NCBI GenBank assembly: GCA_032718475.1
Contig: JAUCBJ010000527.1
Span: forward strand, 21,831-85,830
Length of the DNA stretch: 64,000 nt
DNA from: Nemertoderma westbladi
Lineage: Eukaryota; Animalia; Xenacoelomorpha
Reading direction: 5' to 3'
In this document: positions 12,564 through 24,899 of the stretch, piece by piece
How the letters are laid out: every line of letters begins with the position of its first letter
Position numbering within the stretch: position 1 is the stretch's first letter
The notes under the pieces: generated by a model
Told to the model about the DNA's origin: nothing
The model's database searches: none
Seen by the model: the letters and a program-made list of their open reading frames with translations, nothing else
Made by a program: the position numbers and the translations under genes

Positions 12564-13367
12564 ATGAGTGTTGAACAACCACTAAGTGGTTTCAATGTGG
12601 ACGACATTAAAGTGGAAGTAGAAGAGGAGTTGAACTATCTGACGCTTAATGGTTTTGAAAGAAGTAAATTCATAGCAACAACATTGTACCGCTTAGTCAG
12701 GTTTTATCATGGGGCAATTATTCTAGCTGATCTGCCATACATGCTAGACAATAGCATAGTATATGAATGCATTTGTCACGATTTCGTCCATTTGTGGAAG
12801 GTGGTAAAAAATGTAACAGACTTGAATGAAAACGCCTTATTCACCCCGAGTTTCATTGATGTTTGCCGCCAACTGATTGTGATGGAGAAAATAGGGAGCA
12901 TTGACCCTGGTTATCTGAACGAGACTGCCACTGCAAAGATAGGTTTGTTCTTGCTGACAGAGAAGCTCTGTAATAAGATGACTGTACAGATATCCCGATC
13001 TAATCGAAAGTTTTGGCACCCATCCATTTCTGATGCGAAGAGTTCGTTCATAATGGAGGCTGTGGATCCTGCAGCCATGGATAAACAATTGTCATCTGAA
13101 TATGCCCGTATGGGTTTGCAAGTAAACCCATTTGTAGTTCTACTTAAAGATTCCTCACAGAGCGTCGTTATCTATAATGTTCTTCGGTTCCAGCGGCCAA
13201 CCCTTCTGCAAGGTGTTGACCTAGCTTTTAAGTTGTCGAATGTGTGTTACTTATGGTATCCAGCTGCATCGGTTCCTGTGTGGCTCTTTTTGGAGCACAT
13301 TTTTGGGGTCCCACCGTCCGAAATATCTTCTAAAGTCTCAAGTCTTCTCTCCGACTTAAAGTTGTAA
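12564..13367 (+). CDS. C-terminal exon of a CACTA/EnSpm-type accessory (SAMD3-like) TE protein
   Basis: Open 267-aa frame ending LLQGVDLAFKLSNVCYLWYPAASVPVWLFLEHIFGV...SKVSSLLSDL; an upstream ttttcag acceptor-like site lies near 12497. Confidence 0.55.
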   Translation: MSVEQPLSGFNVDDIKVEVEEELNYLTLNGFERSKFIATTLYRLVRFYHGAIILADLPYMLDNSIVYECICHDFVHLWKVVKNVTDLNENALFTPSFIDVCRQLIVMEKIGSIDPGYLNETATAKIGLFLLTEKLCNKMTVQISRSNRKFWHPSISDAKSSFIMEAVDPAAMDKQLSSEYARMGLQVNPFVVLLKDSSQSVVIYNVLRFQRPTLLQGVDLAFKLSNVCYLWYPAASVPVWLFLEHIFGVPPSEISSKVSSLLSDLKL

Positions 13368-13799
13368 TTGTTTGTGAAACATTTCAGGTATCATATGCCT
13401 TACATATCTATAACGAACGGACTTGCCTATATTTAGGGCATGCATGTATACCAGTAATACTTTTACACTAATGAAAGTATGTATAATGTATATTCATTGT
13501 TTTGTTGTTATATTGTTTATTGTATTCACTATCTGTTTGACTTTTATTTTACTTCTATTTCTTTGCAAATATGTTTCATTATATTTTGCTTATTAATTGT
13601 AGAATATTATTCCTTAATACTTACTTAATGGATTACTATAATTGTATTTCTAATTATATACAGTAGTGTTATTATGAATGGAAGGTGAATGTGTTTTATT
13701 TGTTTTTCGCAGTATAGTCAGTCAGTTTAAGAAAGGGAATCAAGGCTGCGATAAAGGGGTAAAAAATAACACCAACATTTTTCTACATTCCCATTGTTT

Positions 13800-15430
13800 C
13801 TATTCTGTAGTATTCATTTTCTAGGTCAAACTAACATTTGTTGGCAATAATATCAACACAACATTATTTTTTGTTCAGTTGGAATATTATTATTTTATGC
13901 GGAATGACAGTGTATGGTTCATCAAACACTTTAGCATGCCATATCACAGTGTTCCACTCCGATAGTGCCCAGACTTCCTTATTCTTTAAGTGACTTTCTA
14001 TTCGAGCATGGATCGAATCCACTGGCATATTGGTATGCCTGGAAGTAGGAATATCAGCCTGATGCGAGAAACGTTCGGAAGACGGATTAGTACTTGATTT
14101 ATGGTGGTGATTATAATTCGATTCTTATTCTGTCCACTGGTGCTGTCACAGAAAAGGTCTATTTTTTTCACATTAGGGCACCTGACATTCAGATCAATAA
14201 GACTCTTATGGAGCACAGAAGCCACCTCAATAGATCCCCGCTTCACCGTGTTCTCTCCCCAGATATAGCAATATCCCTTTTTAGTTCCACTCTCAAAAAC
14301 AGACACATTATAGATAGCAAACCGGCGGGAATATCTGATAAGCATCGAGTTAGCGTGTGGTGTGTTAAGAACTTTCTGCAGATCATAGCTCAAACACCAG
14401 TACTCATCTGTCTCACGTTCTTGGGCTCGTTTAAACACCTGGGCAATGGCTTTCTTTTCATCTTGATGGCACCCATAAATCTGAGGATCAAGATCAGGGT
14501 CTTTCCTTTGGAAGCGAACACACAAAACACACTTATCTTTCTTTGGGATATGAAATCCCAAATTGAACTCCGATTTGAATATTCTGCGAAAAACTGAAAA
14601 CTTCACTGGATTGGGCACCTTTGAGACATAGATACGATGCAAATTTTTTTCACTCTCTAGACTCCTTGGAAGATACTTTCGGCTGGATTCTTTTCGACAA
14701 TTGTGTGAGCTCATTGCTTGGAGCTCAGATATGAACTTCCGAACATCTTCTTCTCGCTTCGAGGCCGTTCGGTTATTTGCACCTCCTGATTGGCTACCCG
14801 TCAAAGATCCATGATCAGTTGTACCTCTTCTAACTGGACCACTTCTAACTATAGATTTTAGCAACCCCTCACCAACATCTAAAGTACACTCTATAAATTG
14901 TCTGCACACTGGAATCTTCTTCCTATCTTTGTATAGGTTCCACTTCACAGAAACGTTCTTCGGCTGTCGTTTCTTCTCATCATTGTCTGTGGGACGATGT
15001 CTTTCCACAGCATCCTTCTCCAGCAATGTCCTCAGATAGGCATGTTGTTGCTCCCTACTCCTAAAAGCGCTATAGTAATGATTGTACTGATCCAATCTTT
15101 CTTCCTCCATCCAGTTGTCACGGCAGCTCCGGGCACAGTTTTCTTTACACGGCACGGCCCTCATCGATTTTGATTTTCGCACCTTTCCCTGTGTAACATA
15201 TTCTTTACCTCTCAGCCGCGCTAATCTCTAATCTCAGCCGCTCAGTATTACAGGTAACCGGCCCACTCCGTTTTTGGCGGCTCTTTTTTGAGCATTTGGA
15301 GGTCCCACTGTAGCATCAATGTCCCCATTAAAGATCGATTCCTCGTCAGTACTAAACCTAAACTCTTCTTCCATTGGCCCACTCCCTCCGTCACTATCCT
15401 CGGCCACAATAAAACCTCCGAACGACATTG
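13800..15430 (-). pseudogene. Sola1-type DDD transposase, frameshifted and 3'-truncated
   Basis: FNLGFHIPKKDKCVLC, SYDLQKVLNTP, YSRRFAIYN, CYIWGE...RGSIEVAS, DSTSGQNKN, and FLLPG then (after a frameshift) HTNMPVDSIHARIE. Confidence 0.8.
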
Positions 15431-16411
15431 TATTAGCTGATTCGTATTATCGTATAAGACTGGAAGACAGGTTGACTCGAGTATAGTAAGTTGTAACCAG
15501 TATTATACCGGTACGACTACCGTATAATAAAATTATTGTACAGCCAGCATGTAATCTGAACTGCAGTATTGAATATTAAATTTCCCGCCAAAGTATCTAC
15601 TTAAAAGCTTACTACTATTACTACTTTACTACTTTTGTTACAATTGGGACATTTAGATACATGCATTTCTGAAATTATACATCGATAAAGTGAGAACTTG
15701 AGAGGTTTCAGGGGAATTTGGGATATTTTGAAAAAACGATTTTCGAAATTTGGCATTTGGGATATTATGTTTTTTGATATAACTTGTAAAATAATTGGAA
15801 TATTGCAAAACCGCTTTGAGTGACTACAAAGATGATTCCTTCGATAATGACATTTTTGAATACTAAATCCTCTTTATTCTTGCAAATGTATCCCATGGAA
15901 ATCAGGAAATGTATTCACTCCCAAAGCACTTTATCCATTACCAGGTGAGGGTACAGATCCCATTTTTTCTTCTACGCCCTACCGGCAGACCAGTACCGAT
16001 GGCCGCCACTGGTACAGTCGCGCAGTCGTGGTCATCTATTAACAGTCATCTGTAACATCAACACCAAATAACAGTCTGTCGCAATTCAGGGTCAGGGACA
16101 TGTTATCTATATACATATTTATAACAAATAATAATAAATTTGCAGCACCACCCAGCAGATGATATTTATTTTCACAAGATTCCGTCTGATAGATATGTTG
16201 CCCCAGCCTTGCTGAAAAATTTTTCTGATCAGTCAAGTAGAATAGCTTCTCAGGTACATTATAGTCAACTGGGATTGGCAAAATCGTACAGTTGTCCGAA
16301 TACCGTATGGGAAGGAGATATTAAATAACCCGTATATAATATATATTAATATTAATATTAATAATAATAATAATATTATAAACCCGTATAACGCTAGTAA
16401 CAAGATAATAC

Positions 16412-16802
16412 TATATTATATAGCTGCCTCAATTATTTGGCTAGAGAGGTGCCATAATATCAAATTGAAAGCAATGAAATTAAGAGCAATGGGTTACATG
16501 ACATGGGATGTGAAACAGGATTTTATGGTGAGGAATATTTGGGTAGCTTTTTTGAAATTGGTTCTGTTTCAGATGGCAAAGATAGTAACTTAGAGATTAG
16601 CTGTACTAATTAATAAAGCGATAAGTTACTATCTTTGCCATCTGAAACAGAACCAATTTCAAAAAAGGTACCCAAATATTCCTCACCATAAAATCCTGTT
16701 TCACATCCCATGTCATGTAACCCATTGCTCTTAATTTCATTGCTTTCAATTTGATATTATGGCACCTCTCTAGCCAAATAATTGAGGCAGCTATATAATA
16801 TA
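16412..16802. repeat. Long inverted repeat: two 181-bp arms with a 29-nt spacer
   Basis: 16412-16592 is the reverse complement of 16622-16802; one mismatch seen (ggtagc vs ggtacc). Confidence 0.95.
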
Positions 16803-17069
16803 TCTGTTCTTGAACTGACTAGAATGCTGGAAGATTTTAGTCACCATTGGGTTATTAGTAATCATCTTCCCGATTATGGTATCCAAGAAACATATGATTG
16901 TTTCCTTACCGTCGTGGGCCTTCTCGTCGGATATTTCAATGGTGCTTTCTGTTCCATTTTGCAACCACATCGCCGTTGTAAATATCTTAATCACCTCCCT
17001 ATTCCAATGGGCACTCTGTGCCTCATCCTGGTAATAACAGGTAAGGTCAGTGGCGAAGTCTACCTGCAA
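16622..17069 (-). pseudogene. Sola2-type transposase fragment
   Basis: QVDFATDLTCYYQDEAQSAHWN...ISDEKAHD...SSQFKNRY matches the DFxEN...QDExQxxHW...SQFKN pattern. Confidence 0.65.
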
Positions 17070-17129
17070 TAAGGCGGATGTTGAAACAACCGAAACTTAT
17101 CAACATCTATCTGCTTGCATTGAAACGTT

Positions 17130-17355
17130 TGAAGTCTATACGCCAGCGTTTGTTGCCTGATGAGAAGGCCCATATGCAATACAACACCCAACTTCAGAAT
17201 ACTTCGAAAAGGGTTATGCCATTAGGATGACAAACCTAGAAGTTGTTACTGACCAGACGTACTACCTTCCGCATCACTATGAACGACATTCAGATACACT
17301 CGAAAAGGTGCGTGTGGTCAATGACTGCACTGCCATCTTTCAGGGGATGTCCCTT
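17130..17355 (+). pseudogene. BEL/Pao LTR-retrotransposon pol fragment
   Basis: YYLPHHYERHSDTLEKVRVVNDCTAIFQGMSL resembles YLPHH...KLRVVFDASA..G.SLN. Confidence 0.6.
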
Positions 17356-18254
17356 CAGGGATGTACAATAATACTAAAACGTTATGATTTTAATGTTATT
17401 AAATGCATGGTATTATCTTGTAATAGGCCTACATAGAGTTTCCATATAAACACGGTTATTTCTATAAATGCAATAACTTATTACATCTGAACGTGTGGTT
17501 TGTTTTATAATATAATAGAGTAAGAATTGGTGAAACGCTATTTATTAATATTATAATCATAATGTGAATAATAATGTTAGCATTATGTGAACACCCGTTT
17601 AAAACAGTGAAATGAAACCCACAACACAATGCTTTTATGCTCTTATTATCTTATAGCAAATATATCTAACAACTGTAATATATAATAATGTCTGGTGACC
17701 CGTAATGTAGTGCTAAGCTGCTAACCTTGTAGATATAAAAACACATAACTTTCCGATACCCAATAGGGCATCTACAGTAATACAATTTTATTATTATTTT
17801 TGCAAGAAACAATTAAAACAATTAAAATGTATAATTATAGGTAGGCCCTCAATCCCAAGCTTTTTATTTCCATTCCACCAGCCATTCTTCTGTTTTCTCT
17901 CTTTCCTCTGCTTTCTCTATATCTTTATGGCCAGTACTACACAGGGTCTTTAGACCCTGCTAGTGCTGGATCTTTAAATTCCGGACTTCCACAATACTCC
18001 CTTTGGTTATGTAACAGGCTCCCACACAGAAGGGGTTCATTCATTGGTCCCGTCTCTTAACATAACGTACGTATTTCTAGTTCTTTCCCTGATACAGGGG
18101 CAACACTGTCCTCGGCGTCGGCCACATATAAGACAATAACTAAAATTTATTAGTTATATAAATATCATTCAGTAAGTATGTAAGGTACCCAATAAACTAA
18201 ACAACTCAGTTGGATAATGATATACGCTTTCGGTGGCTGTAAAGCTACAATGTG

Positions 18255-18684
18255 GCTCTAATTATGCAAATTTTCTCGTTTCCAAAGTAGTTTACAAGAA
18301 GCTGACTGGGATAGCTTGTATAGCACAAAGGACTCTGTTGTATCAGGCTGGACTTCAAAATTCATTGCCTGTGCTAGCACCGCCATACCAAACAAACAAG
18401 TTATAATTCGTCCAAATGATAAACCCTAGTACAATACATATTTGCGTCGCCTAGCACGTCAAAAGAATAGGTTGCACAACACAGCGAAGCACTGTGTAGG
18501 TATCCAAACACAGCAGGTCTGGATAAATTTTCGACACACCCAAAATAAATATATTTCAGAATGTCGGTTGGCCAAACTTAATTATTTTTTTAAACTATCT
18601 GAAAAACTTTACTCCACATCATTAACAAGCAAACAATGGTGGGCTCATTGCAAGCGCTTGATGGGTAAACATGTAATTCAATGA
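18255..18684 (+). pseudogene. CR1-group LINE ORF2 fragment (EN-RT linker)
   Basis: ADWDSL...AIPNKQVIIRPNDKP*YN..LRRLARQKNRLH...KQWWAHCK. Confidence 0.65.
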
Positions 18685-19269
18685 AACAACAGAGTGATCA
18701 CTGGACCCAAGAGGACTGGAAATATTAATGCCCGTGACTGTATTGGTTAATGTTTTAATTATTGGCATTAATAAAGTTGCACTTGGAGCAGTAATCATGG
18801 TTGGTTAAACAAAAAATGAAAAATTTATAAAATGACCCACCCCCGGGGCAAATAACGTTGTTGAAAAACATGGACCAGGTAGGGTTAAATGTCAACATTT
18901 TGCTAATGTGGATAACAAAAGTCTACATGTCGCCAGGCAGGGGTATAACTTTCTTTATATAAGTTGGACGAAAATGTATTAATTCTCAAGTCTAGTGGAA
19001 TTTATTGAAATGAACCTGCTCTAAATGACCCAAAGAACAAGCATATGGAGTGCTTGATGTGCTCACCACCTGACTTCCCCTAATGTGGCTGACTATAACT
19101 ATTTGACCTTGTCATTGTCATGTTTCTTAAACCATAATCGGTAATCCCCCCCCCCCCCCTCCCCCCACAAGAAATAACCAAATAAAAGTTTAAAAATATA
19201 AACACAATAAAATATAATAAAATATAATGTCGAATAGCACAACAAATTCTAAAAATGTTGAATATAATA

Positions 19270-19925
19270 ACAATTTCAAAACATTTAATAATTTCAAAAA
19301 TCTAAATATAGCACAACAAATTAAATAATACGAATTTACTGAGTCCCATGACTGTATGAGTGAACTAGTAGACACGATATTTTGGTCCCTCTCTGCTGTA
19401 TAACTGTGGTGCCAGCCTTTAGATTGGGAGGCTAGAATCAAATATACATTGGAAAAGAAGATACTTTTTCAATATTATATACATTTCAAAACATATCTAA
19501 TAATTTCTAAAATCTAAATATAGCACTACAAATTAAAAAAATACGAATTTACTGAGTCCTAAGACTGTATGAGTGAACTATTAGACACGATATTTTGGTC
19601 CCTCTCTGGTGTATAACTGTGGTGCCAGCCTTTAGATTGGGAGACTAGAATCAAATATACATTGGAAAAGAAGATACTTTTTCAATATATACATTTCAAA
19701 ACATATCTAATAATTTCTAAAATCTTAATATAGCACAACAAATTAAATAATACGAATTTACTGAGTCCTATGAGTGATAGGCACGATATTTTGGTCCCTC
19801 TCTGGTGTATAACTGTGGTGCCAGCCTTTAGATTGGGAGACTATAATCAAATATAGATTGGAAAAGAAGATACTTTTTCAATATACATTTCAAAACATAT
19901 CCAATTTCTAAAATCTAAATATATT
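19270..19925. repeat. ~210-bp tandem repeat, about 3 copies
   Basis: cgaatttactgagtcc...gtataactgtggtgccagcctttagattggga...ttggaaaagaagatactttttc recurs at ~19331, 19544 and 19753. Confidence 0.9.
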
Positions 19926-20139
19926 GCATATATACTGCTGTGGTGCTAGGCTTTATAATGTGAGAATAAAATCCCATAGTGCCATAGACGAAAATTCCAC
20001 CTCTAAATATAACACAACGAACGCTAACACAACGAACTCTGAACAACTCATAAATGATAAAGAATAATGGTAAAGAACGAAGTTTCATAACTCTTTTTCA
20101 ATCAAAATTTTTGAATATGATTTCTTTTTGTCACTGAGT

Positions 20140-20332
20140 ACTTGCTGTACCCAATTTCTTTTTCTTACTGGGTGCTATTGACTATTTATTTTTGATGCTG
20201 GGTGCTATGGCCGATTTCTTTTTGTTGCTGGGTGCTATGGCTGATTTCTTTTTGTTGCTGGGTGCTATGGCCGATTTCTATTTGTTGCTGGGTGCTATGG
20301 CCGATTTCTTTTTGTTGCTGGGTGCTATGGCC
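20140..20332. repeat. 30-bp minisatellite, about 6 copies
   Basis: Unit ttgctgggtgctatggccgatttctttttg. Confidence 0.9.
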
Positions 20333-20339
20333 CTGTGGG

Positions 20340-20900
20340 TGCTATGTGCTCTTGGGGTTTTATGATGGTGTCATATACATTGCATTGGGTCTTGAGAGAC
20401 TGTGCCATTGATTTGGCGTCCCGATTTTGGTCTCTCTCTGACCCCGCCAGATCCTGATAAAGGAAACTAACTGTAGGCCTATGGCGTACAGCTGTTTTGC
20501 ACACTTTGGTCACTTGCGCCCCTGTAATTTATATACAAATTCCTAGAAGATCATACGTCTCAGGTAATAGTACGAATATTTGCGACCTGTAAGTTTTTGC
20601 AGTTTTATGATTTTCGACGTTTATGGTCCACGAACCTTTACTAAAGTTTGCACTCCTACAGTTATTATCTGTCATATTCAGAAGCGGAGAAGATCGTGAT
20701 GCAATGCTATATGTAATTACAGACATTAAATAAGATTGCATCTGCCATAATGGCACATTGATTTCATTGAGCATAGGTAACGACTTAATAGCATCTCGAA
20801 TCGTGCTGGAAATAGAAGTTGTCTCGAACATGGATAATTATGTAAGTGTAGGCATCGTATTACCCGCCCATAAATGATTGGTTAAGTCTTTCTTCAGATT
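20340..20900 (-). pseudogene. Tyrosine-recombinase-like domain relic (downstream copy)
   Basis: ASRSSPLLNMT...VENHKTAKTY (ORF 20529-20831), then TKVCKTAV...AKSMAQSLKTQCNVYD (ORF 20325-20513), resembling YR box I and box II with the Tyr. Confidence 0.5.
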
Positions 20901-21054
20901 GCTCATCAAACAAGCGATTGTTTGTTTGGCAACAATAACGTCACTCCGGGAATTTTTTGACTATTTTTTGAAAAATGAACCTAATTTTTTTTTAAAATAG
21001 CCAAATAATTAGTGTCACAAACATTAAAATCACAATTGGGTGTTTATGCGTACA

Positions 21055-21600
21055 TTATATAAAAATTTTGGAGGTTATTGGAGGTGTTAATAGGAGCTGA
21101 TGTAGAGCATTACGGGCAGCTAATACATTTTTAACTCCAAACTTAGAGTCTATGCAAGCGGTTTTTTCTGAGTGTGCTAAATAGAACGATACAGCTTTCT
21201 GAGTTTCTTCGTCAAAACCCATAGCTGCAGTCTCTAACAACTTGCAACAAGCCGTGGGAGTTAAATTGTGGTATGGAATTTCGGGGAATGTGTCGTAAAG
21301 TCTCTTTAATTCCAGTCCAGGGCTAATGAATTGCTTACCTAATGTATTTAGAAAGACATATTTTAGATCATTAGTAATATCTACAGATTTGGGTTGCATT
21401 CGAACGATTTTAGGTCTAATATTTTCAATATAGAATACAATTTCGTCATAGAGATCATCTGATAAGCCAAAATGGGCAAGCAACTCAGAAACAGCAACAA
21501 CATGTATACCATCCCCACAGAATTTAGGTTGCCCCCCACGACGAAACTCAGAAAGCTGTAAAGTGCTCACAACCATCGGTCTTTGTACTTCTAGAACCAT
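21055..21600 (-). pseudogene. Tyrosine-recombinase-like domain relic (upstream copy)
   Basis: QRPMVVSTLQLSEF...YIENIRP...YVFLNTLG...LTPTACCKLLET...FYLAHSEKTA. Confidence 0.55.
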
Positions 21601-21689
21601 AAGGCGGGGCCATGAGGCACCTCACATCAAGCAACAACTTCTAGAACCATAAGGCGGGGCCATGAGGCACCTCACATCAAGCAACAACA
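21587..21689. repeat. Exact 50-bp tandem duplication
   Basis: acttctagaaccataaggcggggccatgaggcacctcacatcaagcaaca occurs twice; ctagaaccat at 21591 and 21641. Confidence 0.9.
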
Positions 21690-22147
21690 AGAATAACAAG
21701 ACGTAGAGAAGGGCTCACAACAAGAAGGTAATCTGTCCTATTTATTTGTTTTTGGCTTAGTAAATTTTGTTTTGCTAATTCAACTTGCTCCTTAACTTTA
21801 CTATCTGTTATAATACGTATAGTTTCTCGTGGATCTCTATCTACAAACTTTTCATAGTCTTCTATCCTACATTGTATAATTCTCTTACTTATGGGGTTAG
21901 AAATACTCGACTTTTGGAAGGCTTGGTGAGCATCGAAACAATCTTTAAATTGGTCCCACAGTAGTAAGGATATTTCTGATCTTCTTGTAGGACAAAAATT
22001 GCCAGTGTACCGGTATATACAATAGGCCTAGTTAATTCGTCACCTGATGCTAACTTTTCTCTTGATATTGGTACCGGCAGACATGGCTATTATGTTATCT
22101 CTCTAATCGTTGCAGATTTGTTGCATATATGATCCATTCCACAGGAA

Positions 22148-22242
22148 ATGACTGACAAACAACTAATACCGGTACATAATGTAACTGGCATTTGTTTCAA
22201 ACAAATGCCAGTTACATTATGTATTACTTCTTTGTCAGTCAT
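22148..22242. repeat. Palindrome: perfect 25-bp arms around 1 nt, plus outer 12-bp arms
   Basis: tacataatgtaactggcatttgttt-c-aaacaaatgccagttacattatgta (22173-22223); outer atgactgacaaa/tttgtcagtcat. Confidence 0.9.
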
Positions 22243-23699
22243 GTTGCGTCGTTATGGCAAGCCCCGTCATCTGTAAAGTGTAAAGTTAAATGAGTAAATC
22301 TAAATAATAACAAAATGTCCGTTAAATAAGTTACAAATAATAGTTTTTAAATCAAAATATTGAACAATCCAGTAAGCAAGTTAAAAAAACACATTACATA
22401 TAGAGATGCAGAGTATGCACTATGTAAACTCTATAATTACTAATTGCCAGTCAACCCTTGACTGCCTTGGTATAAAAGCGTGAACTCTATTATCAGTGAA
22501 ACAAGCAAAATATTTAATTTTAAACTTACCTGTATGTTTGAAGTGTGACACGATACGTTCCACGTAGGAAGTAGAGGTTCAATGAATATATTCAGGGAAA
22601 AGAAAGATATTACTCTAAGTAGATTCAATATTGTCTATTGAAAAAAATGTATTTCATTTTTATATTTTTGACTCTGTTTTGAATATAATCCACCTTATTC
22701 AAATTCAGTCACACTTTAGCTGAAGTAAAATAATATAGCAAAGTGGATGGGAACTTTGTAAAACACTTAATTTGCACTTTGCAGCTGTCTTTCTAAACCA
22801 AAATAATAGTATAATAATAAAACGAACGAATATGAATAACTTAAAAATGAAAATGTGTTTTTACCATTTTAATGTATGACGATTTCTGTACCTGTACTTA
22901 TAGTTCACAGGTTGTTAACAGCTCGTATGGTGAGATTAAGTTAACCGTTGTTTATTCATGTCACGATGAAATGTGCTATACTACTTGAACTACTTACTAC
23001 GTTGTTTAATCAAAAAAATAACTGTTGTAAATAATATACTAATATGTTATTAAGTCTAATTTGTTTATAACAGAAAACTGTATAGACTAATGACCGATAA
23101 TAAACCAATGACTAATTGTGTTATATATGGAACAGGAATAAAGCATGACAAAAAAAATGGAACACCCCATCTGTCTTCGGTACATTGAGTTCAGTCAGTT
23201 TGACCTGAATTAATTTGTCTGTTGAATGTGTCAGTTTGTGTTTAACCCATGTTTTTAGATCCCCCATCACCTCTGTCAGTAACGTCTTGGCTGTCAGGTT
23301 CCTATCTATTAGTGTAAAGTTCGGTGAGTCAGCGAGGAATGACAAAGTATCCTAACTAAAGTCCCTACACAGTGTTTTGTCAGTTTTAAGTTCAGTAAAA
23401 GGCGTCATTCCCAAATGGCAAACTGTAATTGTGGTACTGGTCCAACCCCCTGTCCGGTGTCGTGTAATTTTGCCATTGGAACAGAGCCTCATCACATGGT
23501 ACAGTCATCACCCCCCGTATGCAGTCATGTACGTCCTCTGTATCATACCGTGGTGTCCGTGGTGACGTCATTTGCTCCACAAATTCCAGAACCAGAAAGG
23601 CGCGGTTGGAAACGGACTGAGCAATATCGGATCTGTTCTCTAAACAAGAGTCTCCGATTTTCCCAGCCGCTCGTCAACCACGTGGCAATCTGGGTCCGA

Positions 23700-24430
23700 A
23701 ATTAATGCCCAAATGGGTTCCATGGTCCCACGACCTTTACGGAACCCATTCTGATTTCCACAGAGCAGTCTCTCAATGGGATCCCTGATGCGATTTAATA
23801 GAATTCTATTGTGTATAGCTTTTGCAGCAATCGAGATCAATGAGATTCCCCGAAAAGAACCATAGAGTGTTAGGTTGTCCTTCTTGGGAACTGGCACCAA
23901 CTTATTTGTTTTCATTTCTTGTGGGACTCTTGTTGTTCGGTACATGTCTACTATGATGGGATAGATGAGCTTTAAACACTCAGGTATTTTAAAGACCTCA
24001 GGGGGAACACCATCTATTCCACTGGTACGATTGGTCTTAATGCTCTTTGCAGCAGCCTTCACTTCTGCAATGGAGATATCGCCAATTGGAATATCTGGGA
24101 GTACAGACTCAAGACACTTTTACTTCTATAAAGTTATCAGGCAATACCCTGTCATTATTGAGGAGCCTTTCAAAGTGGGCCTTCCAACCATTGAGGCGAT
24201 CGGCTGGTGATTCAGCCTTAACCTTGGTGGTTGGTTGGCTTTTCCGCCCAGTAAGCAAGTTGATCGATTTCCATGCCTGGGATGATTGCCTGCTGTCGTC
24301 AGCATCATTGATGGTATCAACCTGTTGGTTTATTAGCTCCTGTAGATTAACAGAGTACTGCCTGTTCAGGGACCTAGATGCAGCCTTAACTGCATTCTTG
24401 GCCGCTGTAGTCTGTTTGAGTCGGGTCTCT
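23700..24430 (-). pseudogene. RTE-clade LINE fragment (N-terminal part of RT)
   Basis: SGIDGVPPEVFK...VPVPKK..L...FRGISLISIAAK...NRILLNRI...NQNGFRKGRGT. Confidence 0.85.
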
Positions 24431-24899
24431 TTCTACGCCTTATATAAGTCATTTCAGCACTTCTGCATGAAGCATGAAGCATAGCCATCCATTGATAGCT
24501 GCATTGGTGTAAGTGCCAATCAACTAGTTGGAGTGCTCTGGTGTAATGGCTTTCTACATGGGTGTAACTCTAGGTAGACGACAGCATTGGCGGGTTCAAG
24601 TCTCCCTCACACTCAAGCGTCATGTCTCCCCACACGGGCTTTTTTTTTCGATTAATTGATATAATTTCAAAACGGCTGAACCAAAACTGGAAAACAATAT
24701 ATGGCAGGATAGTGCAATAATTAGTTAACACATGTTGTGAATTACAATTATTGTAACATACAGTAAAATAAGGATGCGAATTTTCATTAGTTGTAAAGGG
24801 TAAAAATTTACTTTTGAACACAGAAAACGTTTATTGACAATAAAACAAATTCCCATTCTTAAAGAAGAAGAATGGGAAGTCAGATGGACTAGATAATCT

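Noticed and set aside
14094-14597. 167-aa plus-strand ORF
   Set aside because: Antisense shadow of the Sola1 transposase.
17925-18125. Hairpin ccagtacta..cagggtc/gaccctg..tagtgctgg as an HDV-like ribozyme
   Set aside because: Could not build the nested double pseudoknot by eye; more likely a retroelement UTR stem.
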